Of a stretch of 58,014 nt of DNA, positions 55,031-58,014 are shown one piece after another (the first letter of the stretch is position 1; every line of letters starts with the position of its first letter). The position numbers and the translations under genes were made by a program. The DNA lies in assembly GCA_041498715.1 (NCBI GenBank), contig JBGQIW010000004.1, forward strand, positions 1 through 58,014, read 5' to 3'. The notes beneath the pieces are model-generated. The model worked only from the letters and a program-made list of their open reading frames with translations. It was not told the origin of the DNA and did not search any database. The stretch comes from Gemmatimonadota bacterium (lineage in GTDB: Bacteria > Gemmatimonadota > Gemmatimonadetes > Gemmatimonadales > GWC2-71-9).

Positions 55031-56980
55031 TCACGCAGGTGGTGAGCCCCGGGCCTGGCGGTGGTAGAGATAGGCGAGCAGCAGGGAGACGAGTCCGAGG
55101 ATGAAGACCGAGCCCACCCGATAGAGCGCGTCCAGGGACGACAGGTCGAACAGCAGCACTTTGAGCACTGCGAGACCGGCCACCCCGAGCCCGCCCAGCC
55201 GGGCCGGGCGAATGTCGCGGCGCAGGCCCAGCGTCACCAGGGCGCCGGCGAACACGAGCCACCAGGCGCTGACGGCGAGCCCACCGGCGAGATGCGCGGT
55301 TTCGACGGACGTCTCACGGAGCTCGAAGAAGCGCCGGATCTCGCCGGTGACGCCGAACAGTGCGAGGGCCCCGGTGACCAGCCAGAGGCCGGCCCGGGCC
55401 AGGCGGGCGAGAGGCGTCGCAGGCTCTCGCTTCCAGGCCCGTGCCGGGAGCGCGACCGTGACGCCGATCGCGAGCCAGAGAACGCGGGCCCAGGGACCGG
55501 TGAACGCGGCATCCTCGAAGCCACGCCGCTGGAGGTCGTCGCCAAACAGGTGGCGCAGGGCCACCGCAATGGTGCCGGCCGCGTACCACCGCCCGTCGGA
55601 GCGGTCCAGCGGATGGTCGAGCAGGGCCCACAACAGGCTCAAGCCCAGGAGGATGGCGGGAGCCTCGACCCCGGACCAGCGATCCAGCACCGCGACCGCG
55701 GCCGCGGTCGCGCCCACCAGCGCGAAGGGAACACGCACGCGGGAATAACCGGCCGCCAGGTAGGGTACCGCGACCGCGAAGGCGTCGAGGCCCGGGTACG
55801 CCGCGAAGGCGTCGGGCGCCAGCGCGCGCACCGCCCAGCCGAGCAGAATCGGCGTGGAGAAGAAGTAGAGCGCCTCACCCGCCGACCAGCCTTCCGGTGC
55901 GTCCCCGGAGAGCCGGAGCGGAAGCCACTCCGGCTGGTGCAGCGCGTGCCACCAGACGGGCGCCGCCAACAGCAGACCAGCCGGGAACGTCAGCCAGCGC
56001 GGATCGAGGTTGGGGCTCACGGTGGCGAGCAGCGCCCAGCCGCCCCAGAACGAGAGGAAGCGCGTCTCCCACCACGCCTCCCTGAGCCCGAGGTAGATCC
56101 CCCCGGCCCCACCCGCCACCGCATACGCGAGCGCGCCGAGCGGATGGCGGGAGTCCCCCGCGGCGGACCATCCCAGCGTGAAGAAGCCAAACGCGACGAT
56201 CGCGCATGTCACGCGCCAATGCTTGCGGGCCGCCACCCAGCCCAGCGCGAGTGCCATGGCACCCAGGTAAACCAGCAGCGCGTCGGCGTTGGCCGCCCGC
56301 CGGCCCAGCAGCACGGGCGCGAGGAAGGCGCCGAGCGCAGCCGTGGCACCCAGCGCCTCGACCGCGATCGCGTAGGCGATCGCCGCCAGCGACACGGAGA
56401 CGAGCGCGAGCCCCGCGATGCCGATCGCCGGCGGCACGAGTCCGTAGAGCTTGGCCGCCGCCCAGACGGCCAGGTAGACGATCCCTGCGCCGCAGCCGAT
56501 GAGCGCCGCGCCGTAGGTGCGGTATTTCCCCAGCAGGCGCCAGCCCACGCCGCCGACCACCGCGCCGGCGATGATACCACCGATGCAGCGCCCGGCCTCG
56601 GTGATCCAGCCGCGCTCGAACGAAAGCTTGAGCAGATAGCCTGCGGCCAGGAGGAGCGCCAGCACGCCGACGGCGAGGAGGCCCCGCTGACCGATCCAGG
56701 CCTCGGTCGGGAGCCCGGCGGGTTCGGGCTCGGGCTCGGAAGGTGGCGGCGGCCGTGAGGGGCGTCGGGAAGGCGCGGATTCCGCTGTCACCGGCGCCGC
56801 CTGGGTGGCGGGCGCTGCCGCCGGGGCGGCGGGCGCAGCCGCAGAGGCGGGTGGCGACGGCGGGCGCTCGGGTGCGCCGCCGGGCGACGGGGCGCCGCGG
56901 ACCCGGAGCGCCTCGCGCATGAGCGCCTCCAGCACTTCGAGCCGCTGCTCCAGCCGGTCGAGCCGCTCCTCGGTGCTCGT
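55031..56980 (-). CDS. DUF2339-family membrane protein; probable ACG start
   Basis: Coiled N-terminus, Pro/Ala linker, EAWIGQRGL, many TM segments, KVLLFDLSSL..YRVGS; GAGGAGG lies 5 nt before the ACG. Confidence 0.8.
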   Translation of the reverse strand, partial: TSTEERLDRLEQRLEVLEALMREALRVRGAPSPGGAPERPPSPPASAAAPAAPAAAPATQAAPVTAESAPSRRPSRPPPPSEPEPEPAGLPTEAWIGQRGLLAVGVLALLLAAGYLLKLSFERGWITEAGRCIGGIIAGAVVGGVGWRLLGKYRTYGAALIGCGAGIVYLAVWAAAKLYGLVPPAIGIAGLALVSVSLAAIAYAIAVEALGATAALGAFLAPVLLGRRAANADALLVYLGAMALALGWVAARKHWRVTCAIVAFGFFTLGWSAAGDSRHPLGALAYAVAGGAGGIYLGLREAWWETRFLSFWGGWALLATVSPNLDPRWLTFPAGLLLAAPVWWHALHQPEWLPLRLSGDAPEGWSAGEALYFFSTPILLGWAVRALAPDAFAAYPGLDAFAVAVPYLAAGYSRVRVPFALVGATAAAVAVLDRWSGVEAPAILLGLSLLWALLDHPLDRSDGRWYAAGTIAVALRHLFGDDLQRRGFEDAAFTGPWARVLWLAIGVTVALPARAWKREPATPLARLARAGLWLVTGALALFGVTGEIRRFFELRETSVETAHLAGGLAVSAWWLVFAGALVTLGLRRDIRPARLGGLGVAGLAVLKVLLFDLSSLDALYRVGSVFILGLVSLLLAYLYHRQARGSPPA

Positions 56981-56996
56981 GGGAGCCTCCTCGCAG

Positions 56997-58014
56997 CTAC
57001 GCCGTGGTCTCGGATGCCGGCGCGGGGGCCGGCGCCGGGGCCGTCTTGAGGGTAGGCGGCTGCACCTCAACCCGGAAGGCCAGCAAGCCGACCAGGGCCA
57101 CGATCCCGCCCGCGATGAAGAACGGCGCGGCGTGGCCGAGGCGCTGGAACGCGGCCGTGGCGATCAGCGGGGCGGCCACCCGCGCCAGCCCAGCGAAGGT
57201 CTGCGCTACGCCCATCACCGTGCCGAGCTCGCGGCTCGGCGTGCGGCCCGAGAGCAGCGAGGTAGTGGAAGGGAAGAGCAACGCGGTCCCGATCGGAACG
57301 AGCGGCATCACGAACGCCGCGAGGATCCAGAGATCGGGGACGAGGGGGTACGCGGCGCAGCCGATGACGAGCGACAGACAGCCGAGCCGCATGGTCCACA
57401 ACTCACCGACCCGCTCGACGATCGGTCCGAGCAGGATGATCCGCATGATGATGGACATCACGCCGAAATAGGTGAGAAAGTACCCGAACGTCTTCTCGGT
57501 GATGTGGAATTCGGCGTTCAGGTACAGGGGAAGCACGGCCGTCAGCGAGCTGAAGGCGAGCATGCCGACGCCGTAGATCCAGAGCAGTCGCGCCGAGGCG
57601 CCGGTGGGGTGCCGGATCGCCTGCCAGGCCGGTTCCCAGAGCGATTTCCCGGCGGCAGGGTGCGCGCCCGATCCGTCCTTCTTCCGCGATTCGGGCAGCC
57701 AGTAGAATGCGAAGCCGGCGTTGGCCAGGCAGAGAGCCGCGGCGATCAGGCCGGGCGCGTGCCGCCCCAGGCGCCCCCCCAGGGTTCCGATGATTGGGCC
57801 GATCACCATAGCGGCCGCGGTGGCGGAAGAGAGCCAGCCCAGGGCCCGCGCGCGTTGGGACGGCTCGACCGTGTCGGCCACGTAAGCCTGGGCCACGCCC
57901 GTGGTCCCCCCGCCCGCCCCCTGCACGAAGCGCGACGCAAAGAGCAGCCAGAGCGAGTCGGCAAAACCGAACACGATGTACGCGGCCGCCGACGCGAACA
58001 GCCCGACGAGCAGC
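56997..58014 (-). CDS. MFS transporter (TetA/DHA1-like), 5' end outside the window
   Basis: RFVQGAGGGT..VAQAYVAD, RARALG, GPIIG; multiple TM segments. Confidence 0.88.
   Translation of the reverse strand, partial: LLVGLFASAAAYIVFGFADSLWLLFASRFVQGAGGGTTGVAQAYVADTVEPSQRARALGWLSSATAAAMVIGPIIGTLGGRLGRHAPGLIAAALCLANAGFAFYWLPESRKKDGSGAHPAAGKSLWEPAWQAIRHPTGASARLLWIYGVGMLAFSSLTAVLPLYLNAEFHITEKTFGYFLTYFGVMSIIMRIILLGPIVERVGELWTMRLGCLSLVIGCAAYPLVPDLWILAAFVMPLVPIGTALLFPSTTSLLSGRTPSRELGTVMGVAQTFAGLARVAAPLIATAAFQRLGHAAPFFIAGGIVALVGLLAFRVEVQPPTLKTAPAPAPAPASETTA

Overview
A 58-kb, GC-rich chromosomal segment of a bacterium. The gene repertoire (eukaryotic-like Ser/Thr kinases with TPR tails, outer-membrane beta-barrels, Thermus/Deinococcus-type PII) suggests Gemmatimonadota, but that is an inference. 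I see no mobile elements, CRISPR arrays, rRNA or tRNA genes. The core is a ~23-kb nitrogen and branched-chain amino-acid cluster: porin <- | -> amt-glnA-glnK-ilvD-M3 peptidase -> <- leuB-leuD-leuC-ilvC-ilvN-ilvB-leuA | TylF-like pseudogene | -> gltB (no gltD). The rest is housekeeping or accessory: pilT, dinB, acyl-CoA enzymes, queF/queC/queE, gltA, speA, kinases, a GGDEF protein, cspA, infA, pepF and an MFS transporter. The most notable unannotated structure is four sigma70 promoter / short uORF / antiterminator / terminator leaders that the ORF track misses. One is a textbook Leu/Val/Ile leader before leuA. The other three precede nitrogen-assimilation genes (amt-glnA-glnK, the divergent porin, and gltB), which suggests a nitrogen regulon run by leader-peptide attenuation. 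Also notable: probable non-canonical starts for speA (ATC) and a DUF2339 gene (ACG), inverted heptamer-repeat elements inside the ilv-leu operon, a recurring TATCTT -10 element with leaderless genes, and several degenerate proteins (HD pseudo-hydrolase, pseudokinase-kinase, IlvN, Amt). All calls are by-eye motif recognition; no searches or folding computations were run.
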